Shown here in pieces: positions 51,456 to 61,407 of a stretch of DNA of 64,000 nucleotides; the stretch's first letter is position 1; each line of letters begins with the position of its first letter. Origin of the DNA: Planctomycetota bacterium. Lineage in GTDB: Bacteria; Planctomycetota; GCA-002687715; CAIWVZ01. Made by a program: the position numbers and the translations under genes. The notes beneath the pieces were generated by a model. The model was not told where the DNA came from. It worked only from the letters and a program-made list of their open reading frames with translations, and ran no database searches. The DNA lies in the NCBI GenBank assembly GCA_044222185.1, contig JBGANV010000003.1, positions 96,001-160,000 on the forward strand, in the 5' to 3' direction.

Positions 51456-52130
51456 ATGATCGATCCTCGCAACCCGGACGGTCCTCCCGAAGCGAGCGCC
51501 GACCGGTCGTCGACCTCCGATCACGTCCGCCGCGCAACGAGCGGCGACCGGGACAGCATCGCGTGGCTCGTCGAGCGCTTCACGGCGATCCTGGCCGTCG
51601 GCGCCAGGATGAGGCGAAGTCGCGCTCTGGATCGTCACGCAAGCGACGAGGACATCGTGCAGCAAGTGTGGTGCCGCGTACTCACCCGCATGAGCGAGTT
51701 CCGCGTTGCAGGGACCGCACCGGGAAAGGCGTTCCTCGGATACCTGTCGGTCACGCTGAAGCATGAACTGATCGAGCAGATGCGCAAGGCGATCGTCGGG
51801 CGGCGGCAGGAGTTGAGGGACGCGGCATCCGACAGCAGCGCTGTGGACGCGGGACTCGCTGCGTGGCCCGACTCCACCACGGATGTCGTGTCGCGAGTCA
51901 TGAAGAGGGAGGAGAACCAGCGAGTCCTGCAGGCCATATCGAGCATGGATCCCGTGGATCAGCAGATCATCTGCCTCCGCTCGTTGGAACAGATGTCCTT
52001 CAAGGACGTGGGTGCCAGGCTGGGCCTGAAGCCCAATACCGCGAACGTTCGTTATCGGAATGCACTGCGGCGGTTGAGGCGGCGCTTTCTCGGCGAGGCC
52101 GACGCCTGCGGGGCCACCACGTTCGACTGA
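51456..52130 (+). CDS. ECF sigma-70 factor
   Basis: Sigma2 GDRDSIAWL...SDEDIVQQVW...FLGYL; sigma4 MSFKDVGARLG...TANVRYRNALRRLR. Confidence 0.88.
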   Translation: MIDPRNPDGPPEASADRSSTSDHVRRATSGDRDSIAWLVERFTAILAVGARMRRSRALDRHASDEDIVQQVWCRVLTRMSEFRVAGTAPGKAFLGYLSVTLKHELIEQMRKAIVGRRQELRDAASDSSAVDAGLAAWPDSTTDVVSRVMKREENQRVLQAISSMDPVDQQIICLRSLEQMSFKDVGARLGLKPNTANVRYRNALRRLRRRFLGEADACGATTFD

Positions 52131-52310
52131 CGCGGGCGACCAGCACGCAGCCCGCGCCCTGCCCCCTTCAGATTTTTCTCCCCCACCCGTTTCCGACGCC
52201 AGACGTCGCCGGCGGACCCGAAGTGGTTTTCGGGGAATGCCTGCACGCATGTCTGGCCCGCCATCGTCGCCGTGGTCGCGAGGTGCTCGGGTCCAATCGG
52301 GAGAAGCCCC

Positions 52311-54155
52311 GTGTTCAATCCGGACTCGCTCGTTCGTGCCGTTCTCATTGCCTGGGCGGTCAGCGCGGTACCTGCAATCGGCCAATGCTATCCGGGCTGC
52401 AGTCTCAACTGGACGGGCCCGACTCTCACCGGCAGCTTCAGCGGAACGAGTGGGCCGCTCGGGAGCAGCGTCCCATTCGTGATCTGCTTGACGGGCACCT
52501 TCCCGGGCAACACGGTGAACGTCATCGGCCTGACCCTCGGCCCGAACACCATCGTTCAGGTGCCACCGGGCGTCTCGCTTCAGGTCGTCGGCCCGATGTC
52601 GGCGGTCGGCACTCCAACGGAGCCGGTCGTCTTCACTTCGTCGGTTCCTTCACCAACGGCTTCGCAGCGCTGGGGCGGGCTCATCTTCATCGGTCCTTCC
52701 GTGCCGGGGACCAAGGTCATGAGGTTCTGCCGCGTCGACAACGCGGCCTACTCCGGCATGAGGATCCGGGACGACTCGCCGACGATCGACGACTGCCTCG
52801 TCATCGGAAATCTGGCGACGGCCCAGAACGGGACCTCACTCAGTGGAGGCGGGGTCGACGTCGCGAACCACAGCATGGGGCTGACGATGAATCACGTGGA
52901 AGTCCGGGGAAACCAGGCTCTCGCGAATCACGGCGGTGGCATCCATGCAGTCATGACCGGGGGTACGACCCTGATCCTCAACCAATGCTGGATCGTCGAC
53001 AACTCGGTGAACCTGGCGAACGCGCCGGTGGGGCAACTGCTCGGCGGCGGGCTGCGAATCAGCGGCAACAGCGTCCTGGACAACTGCCGCATCGAAGGCA
53101 ACCGGCTTTACTCGAATGCAGGCTGCTTCGGCTGCCTGACGATCGGCCAGGGTGGCGGCATCTATTACGACGGCACGTCAGCCACGACGCATGTCCTGAG
53201 GCGGTCGATCCTCTCCGGCAATCTGTGCCACCATGCGAACTGTGCGCCCTATGCGCTCGAGGCCGCGTACGGCGGAGGCTGCATCGTCGCGAACTGCACG
53301 CTGAACGCAGTGAGCTCGACGATCGTCTGCAACACGGCGGTTACGGCCTGCGCTGGCCCAGGAGGGTTCGGAGGCGGCGTATACGTCGCGGGTGCGGCGG
53401 CGTCGGCGAATCTCACCAACTGCACGATCGCATCCAACTCACCAACCGGCGTCGACGCGAGCGGCACCGCCGTCGCCATCGACTCGTGCATCGTTTGGGG
53501 AAACAACGGCGGCGGCGCTCAGCTCGGCGCTTCCGTTCCGTGTCCGACCTTCAGCGACATCCAGGGCGGCACCCCCTGCGGCAACAACATGAACCTGAAT
53601 CCGATCTTCGCGGGGGCAGCGACGTTCGGGAGCGGGTGCACGCCCGCTGCGTTCGCGTTGTCCTCGTACTCGCCGCTCGTCAACGCTGGCAACCCGGCGC
53701 TCTCGAACGCCTCTCCTCTCGTCGGGTTCGGACCAGGCAACACGGTCGGTGCCCTGGGCGGCCCGTTGAACGGCGGTGTCCTGTCGCCGTGTCACATTCA
53801 TCTCGGCGCCAATGCCATCGGCGTCGCCGCCGGTAGCGGGAACTCCCTGTCGCTGGCCTTCGGGACGGGTGGGTCCGCTGCTGGAGGATCTCTCTCGGTC
53901 ACCAACGCACAGCCCGGCAGCACGGGCGTCCTGGTCGCGTCACTGTCCTACGCCTGGACGACCGTCGGTTGCTGGACGGGCTACCCGATGCCGCCCCCGG
54001 CTGCGACGCTCCCGATCTCGCTCCCAGCGGGTACCTGGAGCCTGCCGATCAGCCTCCTCGTTCCGGCGCTCAGTGGGACACCCGTCTACGTGCAGGTCGC
54101 AGCCGTGGGCCCCTCGGGGTTCGCCGTGTCGAACGCCCTCGAGCTTGCCTTCTGA
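52311..54155 (+). CDS. Secreted Cys-rich right-handed beta-helix protein
   Basis: Signal peptide, GTPTEPVVFTS...WGGL, repeated GN.A...GGGI units, NCTIASN, IVWGN, SDIQG, NPIF, SPLVNAG; ends VQVAAV...VSNALELAF. Confidence 0.85.
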   Translation: MFNPDSLVRAVLIAWAVSAVPAIGQCYPGCSLNWTGPTLTGSFSGTSGPLGSSVPFVICLTGTFPGNTVNVIGLTLGPNTIVQVPPGVSLQVVGPMSAVGTPTEPVVFTSSVPSPTASQRWGGLIFIGPSVPGTKVMRFCRVDNAAYSGMRIRDDSPTIDDCLVIGNLATAQNGTSLSGGGVDVANHSMGLTMNHVEVRGNQALANHGGGIHAVMTGGTTLILNQCWIVDNSVNLANAPVGQLLGGGLRISGNSVLDNCRIEGNRLYSNAGCFGCLTIGQGGGIYYDGTSATTHVLRRSILSGNLCHHANCAPYALEAAYGGGCIVANCTLNAVSSTIVCNTAVTACAGPGGFGGGVYVAGAAASANLTNCTIASNSPTGVDASGTAVAIDSCIVWGNNGGGAQLGASVPCPTFSDIQGGTPCGNNMNLNPIFAGAATFGSGCTPAAFALSSYSPLVNAGNPALSNASPLVGFGPGNTVGALGGPLNGGVLSPCHIHLGANAIGVAAGSGNSLSLAFGTGGSAAGGSLSVTNAQPGSTGVLVASLSYAWTTVGCWTGYPMPPPAATLPISLPAGTWSLPISLLVPALSGTPVYVQVAAVGPSGFAVSNALELAF

Positions 54156-54177
54156 CCGCCAGGGCCCTCGCGAACCG

Positions 54178-54684
54178 CTACGCCGGCTTGGGATCCAGAT
54201 TGAAGATGCGTGCGAGGTCGTCGCGCATGGTGGCGAAGGCGTCGTCGTCGAGACCTGGATCGACGACGCGGAACACGTGCTCCTCGTGCTTGGGCTTCAG
54301 CAGGAGCACTTCCCGCTCGCCGTCCTGCTCGCGGCCCGTCTGGACGAGCAGACGCCGTCGCAGGAGGAGAATGGCGACGATCCAACGGAGGCGGGACGAC
54401 TGATCGTCCTCGTGACCCTCGAGTCGGCGGAAGAGCTCGAGGAGCGAATCGAAGTCGAGTCGGCGGGCGTAAGTCGTCCCAGCCGCGCGACGCGCGCGCC
54501 AATGCGAGAACACGCCAGCCTCCAGGGCCTCGCCGCAGCTGAGGCAGCGGTCCTCGCGCACGATCCCGGTCGAGGCGAGGCGGACGGTCGCGAGGTACTC
54601 GTCACCGATGGCGAACTCGCGTCCGCACTTCGTGCACTTCTCTTGCGCCCGCGGGACGCGCTTGTCCCAATCCTCGATCGTCAC
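54178..54684 (-). CDS. Hypothetical zinc-finger protein (CxxC...CxxC)
   Basis: 3' part of ORF 54178..55371; GTG overlaps the upstream stop; CTKC..CLSC, FSHW, LLLRRRLL. Confidence 0.75.
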   Translation of the reverse strand: MTIEDWDKRVPRAQEKCTKCGREFAIGDEYLATVRLASTGIVREDRCLSCGEALEAGVFSHWRARRAAGTTYARRLDFDSLLELFRRLEGHEDDQSSRLRWIVAILLLRRRLLVQTGREQDGEREVLLLKPKHEEHVFRVVDPGLDDDAFATMRDDLARIFNLDPKPA

Positions 54685-55676
54685 TTGCCGGCTCCCGAGC
54701 GCCAGTCCGGACTCGCCAGGAAGCCGCGCCACGCGCGCGAATCCGCTCCGAGCTTGCGGCCCGTGAGCCGCACGAGCGAGCCGTAGGCCTCGTTCACCGA
54801 ATCCACGTCGCCCTCCTTCTCCGCCGCCTCCATGGAGTCGACGAGAGGCGGAACGGCATCCATACGTTCGAACGCGGACACGAAGTGCGCGGCGAATTTC
54901 CGGACGGAGCGGTCGGAGTCGGCGAGGCAGCGGATCACCGCGGGGTAACCGCGCGGGTCCTTCAGCTCGCCGAGGCCCTGGATCGCGTCGATGCGCGGCT
55001 CGAATGATTCGCCGGACGTCGCGACCTTCGACAGCATCGGCACGGTGGCCGGCGTGTGGATCTTGCGGAGGGCGCGAACGAGCTCCCACTTGCCCTTGGC
55101 ATTCGCGTCGTCCCAGGCCTTCGCGATCTCGGGGACGCCGTCGTCGCCCATGGCTCCGATGAGGTCGGTGCACTGGTTGCGAACGACGGAATCGCCGAGG
55201 CCCCGCGACACCCCGAGGACGAGCATGGGCAGCGAGTAGGCCTTCAGATCGATCAGCTCCACCCGTGCCCGGTTGACATCGACGCGGCTTCCGGCGTCGA
55301 AGGCGAACACGTAGGCCCGCAGCAGATTCTCGGCGAGGATCATCGGCGCGTCGCCGCCGAGCGCGAGCCATTCCTTGCGGGCTTCAGGCCAGCCGGTGTC
55401 GCCGGCCATGTAGTAGCCCCACCACTTGTCGATCTTCTGCTTCCAGCCCGCAGGCAAAGTCGATGCGCCCGCCGTCCGAGCCTCTTCCATCTTGGCGCGG
55501 TCAGCCTTGGCCTCGCGCTCCCGGGCCATCTGATCCCAGAGCGAGCCGCCCTGGTTCGAGGACGCCGCGGTCGACTCCTTCGCGGGTTGTGAGCGCGATC
55601 CCCCCGACGTGCCGGAGCCCGAGCAGGCGACGAAGGCCAGGAACATGAGACACGTGGCGCGCAAACGGATGTTCAT
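54681..55676 (-). CDS. HEAT-repeat lipoprotein
   Basis: Lipobox FVAC, HEAT/PBS repeats (RIDAIQGLGELKD, LADSDRSVRKFAA), C-terminal LVRLTG...G.DSRAW. Confidence 0.82.
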   Translation of the reverse strand: MNIRLRATCLMFLAFVACSGSGTSGGSRSQPAKESTAASSNQGGSLWDQMAREREAKADRAKMEEARTAGASTLPAGWKQKIDKWWGYYMAGDTGWPEARKEWLALGGDAPMILAENLLRAYVFAFDAGSRVDVNRARVELIDLKAYSLPMLVLGVSRGLGDSVVRNQCTDLIGAMGDDGVPEIAKAWDDANAKGKWELVRALRKIHTPATVPMLSKVATSGESFEPRIDAIQGLGELKDPRGYPAVIRCLADSDRSVRKFAAHFVSAFERMDAVPPLVDSMEAAEKEGDVDSVNEAYGSLVRLTGRKLGADSRAWRGFLASPDWRSGAGK

Positions 55677-55863
55677 CGAAGCGTCCTTTGGGCCAGGAGT
55701 TTCCGCGTGCGGCGACGGCCGATCAAGCGCACGCCAGCGGGAGGCAGTCCGCGATTGACCGTCCGGGTACCGCATGCCATAGTCGCCGCCGCGCGATGCC
55801 GGCCTGCGGCGACGGGGATGCGGTCCCGTCTCGCCAAGCCTCACGACTCCCGGGGAAGTCACC

Positions 55864-58800
55864 ATGAAGTCGACGGATTTCGTCCATCTCCACGTCCATA
55901 GCGACTACTCCCTGCTCGACGGCAACTGCCAGATGGACCCGCTCCTCGACCGCACCAAGGCCGAAGGCCAGGACGCCATCGCCCTCACGGACCACGGCAA
56001 CCTCTTCGGCGCCGTGCATTTCTACAAGGGCTGCAAGTCCCGCGGGCTGAAGCCGATTCTCGGCATGGAGGCCTACATCGCGGCGGGCAGCCGCTTCGAC
56101 AAGGCCAAGCAGGAGGAACCCGGCAAGCGCAAGAAGACGACGTTCCACTGCACGCTCCTGGCGGAGACCACCGAAGGCTTCCAGAACCTCGTGCGCCTGG
56201 CTTCGACGGCCTACCTGGACGGCTTCTACCGCCGCCCGCGCATCGACCGCGACGCCATCCGCCAGTGGGGCAAGGGGATCATCTGCCTCTCCGGCTGCCT
56301 CGCGGGCGAAGTGAGCCAGGCGATCCTCGCCGATCAGCTCGAAGGCGCCGAGGGAGTCATCCGCAACTACAAGGAGCTGTTCGGCGCCGACAACTTCTAC
56401 CTGGAGCTGATGGACCACGGCATCCCGGAGGAGGACCGCACGAAGAAGGCGCTGATCGAGCTCGCGCGCCAGACGTCGACGCCGCTCGTCGGCACGAACG
56501 ACATCCACTACATCGACCCGGCCGACTGGGAAGTGCAGGACGTGGCGCTGTGCATCGGCACCGGCAAGCTCGTGCGGGAGACCGAGCGCTACAAGATGGC
56601 GACGCGCGAGCTGTGGTTCAAAAGCTCGCAGCAGATGGTCGACCTCTTCGCCGACTGCCCCGAGGCGATCGCGAATACCCGCGTGATCGCGGACCGCTGC
56701 AAGGCCGAAGTCAAGCTCGGCGCGCGCTTCCTCCCCACGTTCACGGTTCCGGCGCCGGAAACCAGCGAGCAGGTCTTCCGCCGCCTCTGCGAGGAGGGCG
56801 TCGCCCGGCTCTACCCCGTCGTCACGCCCGAGATCCAGCAGCGACTCGAGTACGAGATCCGCGTCATCACCCAGACCGGGTTCGTCGACTACTTCCTCAT
56901 CGTGTGGGACTTCGTGCGATTCTCGCGCGAGGCGGGAGTTCCCGTGGGACCGGGCCGAGGATCGGCCGCCGGCTCGCTCGTCTCGTATGCGCTCGGCATC
57001 ACGCGCATCGACCCGCTGAAGTACGACCTCCTGTTCGAGCGCTTCTTGAACGCCGAGCGAATCTCGATGCCGGACATCGACATCGACTTCTGCTGGCAGC
57101 GGCGGCAGGAGGTCATCGACTACGTCAACCTGAAGTACGGCAAGGATCGCGTGGCGCAGATCGTCACCTTCGGAACGCTGAAGGCGCGCGCCGTCATCCG
57201 TGACGTGGGCCGGGTGCTCGAGGTTCCGCTGGGCGAAGTGGACCGCATCGCGAAGAAGATCCCCAACGGCCCCAAGGACACGCTGGCGGACGCCGTCGAG
57301 AAGGACACGGAGGTCAAACAGCTCTACGCCGAGAGCGAGGCGAACCGGCGCCTGTTCGACATCGCGCTCAAGCTCGAGGGCTCGGCGCGCAACATGTCGA
57401 CGCACGCGGCCGGCGTCGTCATCACGGACGTCCCGCTGACGGAGCGCGTGCCGCTCTGCAAGTCCGGCGACGACGTCGTCACGCAATGGACCATGGACGT
57501 CCTCGAGGAGATCGGCATCCTCAAGATGGACTTCCTCGGCCTGCGGACGCTCACGATCATCGACTACGCCGTCCGCAACATCAAAGCGACGACGGGCAAG
57601 GCGATCGACATCGACGCGATCCCGCTGAACGACCTCACGACCTACAAGCTGCTGCAGAGCGGGCGCGCCGCGGGCGTCTTCCAGCTGGAATCGGACGGCA
57701 TGATCGACCTGTTGAAGCGGATGCGCCCCGACCGCTTCGAGGATCTCATCGCCGTCCTCGCGCTCTACCGGCCAGGCCCGCTCGGCGCCGGCATGGTCGA
57801 CATCTACGTGAAGCGCAAACACGGGCAGGAGCCCATCAGCTACCTGCACCCGAAGCTCGAACCGCTCCTGAAGGAGACGCTGGGCGTCATCCTCTACCAG
57901 GAGCAGGTCATGCGCATCGCCAACGTCCTCGCCGGCTTCTCGCTCAACGAAGCCGACGCGCTCCGCAAGGCGATGGGCAAGAAGAAGCCCGAGATCCTGG
58001 CGAAGTACAAGGAACAGTTCATCGCGGGCTCGGAGCGAAACGGAGTTCCGCGACAGGCGGCCGGCGAGATCTTCGACCAGATCGAGTTCTTCGCCGGGTA
58101 CGGATTCAACAAGTCCCACAGCGCCGCGTACGCGCTCGTCACCTACCAGACGGCCTGGCTCAAGGCGAATCACCCGGTCGAGTTCATGGCCGCGTTGCTC
58201 ACGTGCGAAATGCTCTCCATCGACAAGACGGTCGAGTACGTGGAGGAGACGCGCGCCATGGGGCTGACGCTGAAGCCGCCGGACGTGAATCACTCCTTCG
58301 CGCAGTTCGCCGTGGAGGCGGGCACGATCCGCTACGGTCTCGCCGCGATCAAAGGCGTGGGCGAGGGCGCGATCAACGCGATCGCGGCCGTTCGGTCGAA
58401 GGACGGCCCGTTCAAGAGCCTCTTCGACCTTTGCGAGCGAGCCGGAACGCAGGCGCTGAACAAGGGCATGCTCGAGGCCATGGTGTGCGCCGGAGCACTC
58501 GACAGCCTTCCGGGCAATCGGGCACAGAAGCTCGCAGCCCTCGAGGATGCACTCCGCATGGGTGCGAGCGCCGAACGGGACCGACGCTCCGGTCAGATCT
58601 CGCTCTTCGGTGACATCGAAGAGGAGGCCGCGGCTTCCGGTGGTGGATCCGCGTTGCCGGACGTGAAGGAGCTCCCCGACGATGAGCGGCTGCAGCGAGA
58701 GAAGGACGTCCTGGGGTTCTACCTCTCCGGTCATCCGCTGAACCGCGTTCGCACCCAGCTCGCGCGCTACGCCTCGCACGAGATCAAGCGGCTCGCGAAC

Positions 58801-59322
58801 CTGGAAGATCGCCAAGGCGTCCTCATCGGCGGACTCATCCGCAGCGTCCGCGTCGTGATGATCCGCAACGGCCCACAGGCGAACCAGAAGATGGCGATCC
58901 TCGGCATCGAGGACATGAGCGGCGCCATCGAGGCCGTCGTCCCGCCCAAGCTCTACGTCGAACTCTCCGCGGAGCTGCGCGAGGACCGCATCGTGTTCGT
59001 GAAGGGCACGGTCGATCGGCGGCGTGAGCTGCCGAACGTGAAGGTCGAGAAGATCATCGACATCAACGACGCGCGGCTGACGCTGTCGAGCCGGGTCGTC
59101 GTGAGACTCGATGGCGGCGACGATCTGGAGTTGCAACTCGCCGCCGTGAAGCGCATCTTCCGCGAGCATGGCGGTTCGGCGCCCGTCATCGTCGAGCTGG
59201 CGACGCCCGACTTCGGCACGGTGCAGGTGCAGGCCGGTGACGAATACCGCGTGTCCATCTCGGCGGGCCTCGTCTCGACGCTCGAGCGCGTCCTCGGAAC
59301 CGAGCGCGTCGTTCTCACCTGA
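55864..59322 (+). CDS. dnaE: DNA polymerase III alpha subunit
   Basis: FVHLHVHSDYSLLDG, TDHGN, GRGSAAGS, FERFLN.ER.SMPDIDIDF, KMDFLGL, YQEQVM, YGFNKSH, OB fold. Confidence 0.98.
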   Translation: MKSTDFVHLHVHSDYSLLDGNCQMDPLLDRTKAEGQDAIALTDHGNLFGAVHFYKGCKSRGLKPILGMEAYIAAGSRFDKAKQEEPGKRKKTTFHCTLLAETTEGFQNLVRLASTAYLDGFYRRPRIDRDAIRQWGKGIICLSGCLAGEVSQAILADQLEGAEGVIRNYKELFGADNFYLELMDHGIPEEDRTKKALIELARQTSTPLVGTNDIHYIDPADWEVQDVALCIGTGKLVRETERYKMATRELWFKSSQQMVDLFADCPEAIANTRVIADRCKAEVKLGARFLPTFTVPAPETSEQVFRRLCEEGVARLYPVVTPEIQQRLEYEIRVITQTGFVDYFLIVWDFVRFSREAGVPVGPGRGSAAGSLVSYALGITRIDPLKYDLLFERFLNAERISMPDIDIDFCWQRRQEVIDYVNLKYGKDRVAQIVTFGTLKARAVIRDVGRVLEVPLGEVDRIAKKIPNGPKDTLADAVEKDTEVKQLYAESEANRRLFDIALKLEGSARNMSTHAAGVVITDVPLTERVPLCKSGDDVVTQWTMDVLEEIGILKMDFLGLRTLTIIDYAVRNIKATTGKAIDIDAIPLNDLTTYKLLQSGRAAGVFQLESDGMIDLLKRMRPDRFEDLIAVLALYRPGPLGAGMVDIYVKRKHGQEPISYLHPKLEPLLKETLGVILYQEQVMRIANVLAGFSLNEADALRKAMGKKKPEILAKYKEQFIAGSERNGVPRQAAGEIFDQIEFFAGYGFNKSHSAAYALVTYQTAWLKANHPVEFMAALLTCEMLSIDKTVEYVEETRAMGLTLKPPDVNHSFAQFAVEAGTIRYGLAAIKGVGEGAINAIAAVRSKDGPFKSLFDLCERAGTQALNKGMLEAMVCAGALDSLPGNRAQKLAALEDALRMGASAERDRRSGQISLFGDIEEEAAASGGGSALPDVKELPDDERLQREKDVLGFYLSGHPLNRVRTQLARYASHEIKRLANLEDRQGVLIGGLIRSVRVVMIRNGPQANQKMAILGIEDMSGAIEAVVPPKLYVELSAELREDRIVFVKGTVDRRRELPNVKVEKIIDINDARLTLSSRVVVRLDGGDDLELQLAAVKRIFREHGGSAPVIVELATPDFGTVQVQAGDEYRVSISAGLVSTLERVLGTERVVLT

Positions 59323-59533
59323 CCCTTCGGCCGGCGCACCGACCTCGGCGCGCTTCGGCGGGTGCAGCCCGGCTTTCGGGCCAATCCCGCGGAGAATCGG
59401 GGCCTCGGGACGTGAACAGGCCCGACGTCGCGACACGGAAGCGGGCCGGGCGCCAGCCGTGGGATGCTTCCGCTGGCGGATTGGGCGCCTATCCTATCGG
59501 GCCGCGCAAAGCCGCCGCGGCCGGAAAAGGGCA

Positions 59534-61396
59534 TTGAACACACCACACCGCCGCCGTCCCCAACGCGAGTCGTATTCAGAAGGTCGGGCTCCGTCGAGCC
59601 GCACGAATCACGACCGCGAAGCTCCCCGCGAGGGCAGTCGCGACGCATCCCGAGCCGCCGCCAGCGCACCGGCCCGGCTCCACCCGCAAGCGACGCCGCC
59701 CGCGACGCTCACCTTCGATGCCTTCGCACTGTCGCCGAAGGTCCTCGACGCCATCGACGAGATGGGCATCCACACGCCGACGCCGATCCAGCGTCTCGCG
59801 ATCCAGCCGATCCTCGACGGCAAGGACGTCATCGCGAAAGCCGAAACGGGAACGGGCAAGACACTGGCGTTCGGCGCCCCCATGATCTCGAAGATCGATC
59901 CCGATCGGCGTTCCGTCCTCGGCCTCGTCCTTTGCCCGACGCGCGAGCTCGCCGAGCAGGTCTGGAGCGTGCTTTCGCACATCGGTCGCGCCCGGACGAT
60001 CAAGGTCGCGTTGATCGTCGGCGGAGCGCCCATCGAGCCGCAGATCAAGGCGCTGCAGGAAGGCTCGCAGGTCGTCGTGGGGACGCCGGGTCGCGTTCTC
60101 GACCTCCTCACCCGCCGCATCCTCTCGTTCCCGTGGACCGAGTTCGCGGTCCTGGACGAAGCCGACGAGATGCTCGAGATCGGATTCCTCGAGGACATCA
60201 ACAAGATCCTGTCGAAGATCCCGGACGAGGCGCAGACGCTTCTGTTCAGCGCCACGTTCCCGCCCGACCTCCTCCGCCTCGCGCGCGATCACACGCGTGA
60301 TCCCGTGGAACTCGCCACGAGTTCGGGTGTCTCGACCGTGAAGTCCATCGACCAGCGGTGGATGCGAGTCCACGACGACGACCGCGCGCTGACGATCATG
60401 CGACTGATCGAGCAGAGCCGCCCGGAAGACGTGTTCCTCATCTTCGGCGACCGCCGCACGGAGGTCGATCGACTGTTTCACCGTCTCGAGCGGCTCCCCT
60501 ACCGGATCAAATGCCTGCACGGCGGGTACGAGCAGGATGCTCGGTTCCGCGTCATGTCCGCGTTCCGAAGCGGCGAGGTGAAGGCGCTCGTCGCCACCGA
60601 CGTCGCTTCGCGAGGGCTGGACGTCAAGCACGTGACGCACGTCGTGAATTACGGACCGCCGCAGGACATCACCGATTACACGCACCGCATCGGCCGCACG
60701 GGTCGCGCCGGCCGCAGCGGCCACGCGATCACGCTCGTACCGCCGATGGGCATGGGGCGATGGCGCCGGATCCTCGCTGCCGCGAGCTGGCCGATCCCCG
60801 AGGAACCGCCGCCGCGGGCCGGCGACCGCCGCGACGGATCGCGTCGCCCGCCGAGCGCGGCGCCGCGTGCCGCGCGATCGGGCGCCGATGCAGGACGGGA
60901 CCGGCCACACGACCGTCGCGACGACGAGGTTCCGCCACGCGACGATCGGCGACGGGGCGAGGCGCCATTGCCGTCGCGTCAGCAGGCTCCGCGCGACGAT
61001 CGTCGCGAGGACCGACACGACGATCGGCACCGTGCGCCGTCGCATTCCCAGGCTCCAGGTCGCCCCGCACGGGAGGCGTCCCGGGATTCGGACCGTCGCC
61101 ACGCCGATGCCGACGATGCTCCGCCGCGGTCGCGCGAACGCGAGGTCCGTCGGGACGAGGGCCGCCGCCCGCCGGCGAGCCCGTCGAAACCCGCCGCATC
61201 CGCGCCGCGGGAATCGCGCCGTGACGAGCGCTCACGTGCGACGCCGCCGCCGCGACCCGCCCGCGGTGACGATCGCGACGCTCCGCGCGAGCGGAGTCGT
61301 CGCGAGACACCGGCCGACGACGCATCTCCGCCGCGCAGAAAAGCTGCAGGCGAGGAGCGGAATGACCGGCGTCCCCACCGCCGCGACGCGTGGTAG
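59534..61396 (+). CDS. DEAD-box RNA helicase with a long charged C-terminal tail
   Basis: Q motif PTPIQ, AETGTGKT, PTRELA, TPGR, DEAD, SAT, TDVASRGLD, HRIGRTGR. Start inferred at TTG 59534. Confidence 0.93.
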   Translation: MNTPHRRRPQRESYSEGRAPSSRTNHDREAPREGSRDASRAAASAPARLHPQATPPATLTFDAFALSPKVLDAIDEMGIHTPTPIQRLAIQPILDGKDVIAKAETGTGKTLAFGAPMISKIDPDRRSVLGLVLCPTRELAEQVWSVLSHIGRARTIKVALIVGGAPIEPQIKALQEGSQVVVGTPGRVLDLLTRRILSFPWTEFAVLDEADEMLEIGFLEDINKILSKIPDEAQTLLFSATFPPDLLRLARDHTRDPVELATSSGVSTVKSIDQRWMRVHDDDRALTIMRLIEQSRPEDVFLIFGDRRTEVDRLFHRLERLPYRIKCLHGGYEQDARFRVMSAFRSGEVKALVATDVASRGLDVKHVTHVVNYGPPQDITDYTHRIGRTGRAGRSGHAITLVPPMGMGRWRRILAAASWPIPEEPPPRAGDRRDGSRRPPSAAPRAARSGADAGRDRPHDRRDDEVPPRDDRRRGEAPLPSRQQAPRDDRREDRHDDRHRAPSHSQAPGRPAREASRDSDRRHADADDAPPRSREREVRRDEGRRPPASPSKPAASAPRESRRDERSRATPPPRPARGDDRDAPRERSRRETPADDASPPRRKAAGEERNDRRPHRRDAW

Positions 61397-61407
61397 CATC
61401 CGCGCTC

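Noticed and set aside
51429-52385. N-terminal extension of kinase ORF 48891..52385
   Set aside because: Antisense to the ECF sigma gene and Arg/Gly-rich noise; not a real kinase-sigma fusion.
55723-59436. 1237-aa ORF antisense to dnaE
   Set aside because: Shadow frame caused by high GC3 codon bias; no motifs, and it fully overlaps a certain gene.
60840-61390. CGCGACGA-like repeats suggesting a CRISPR or tandem array
   Set aside because: Irregular spacing; fully explained by Arg/Asp codons of the helicase tail.
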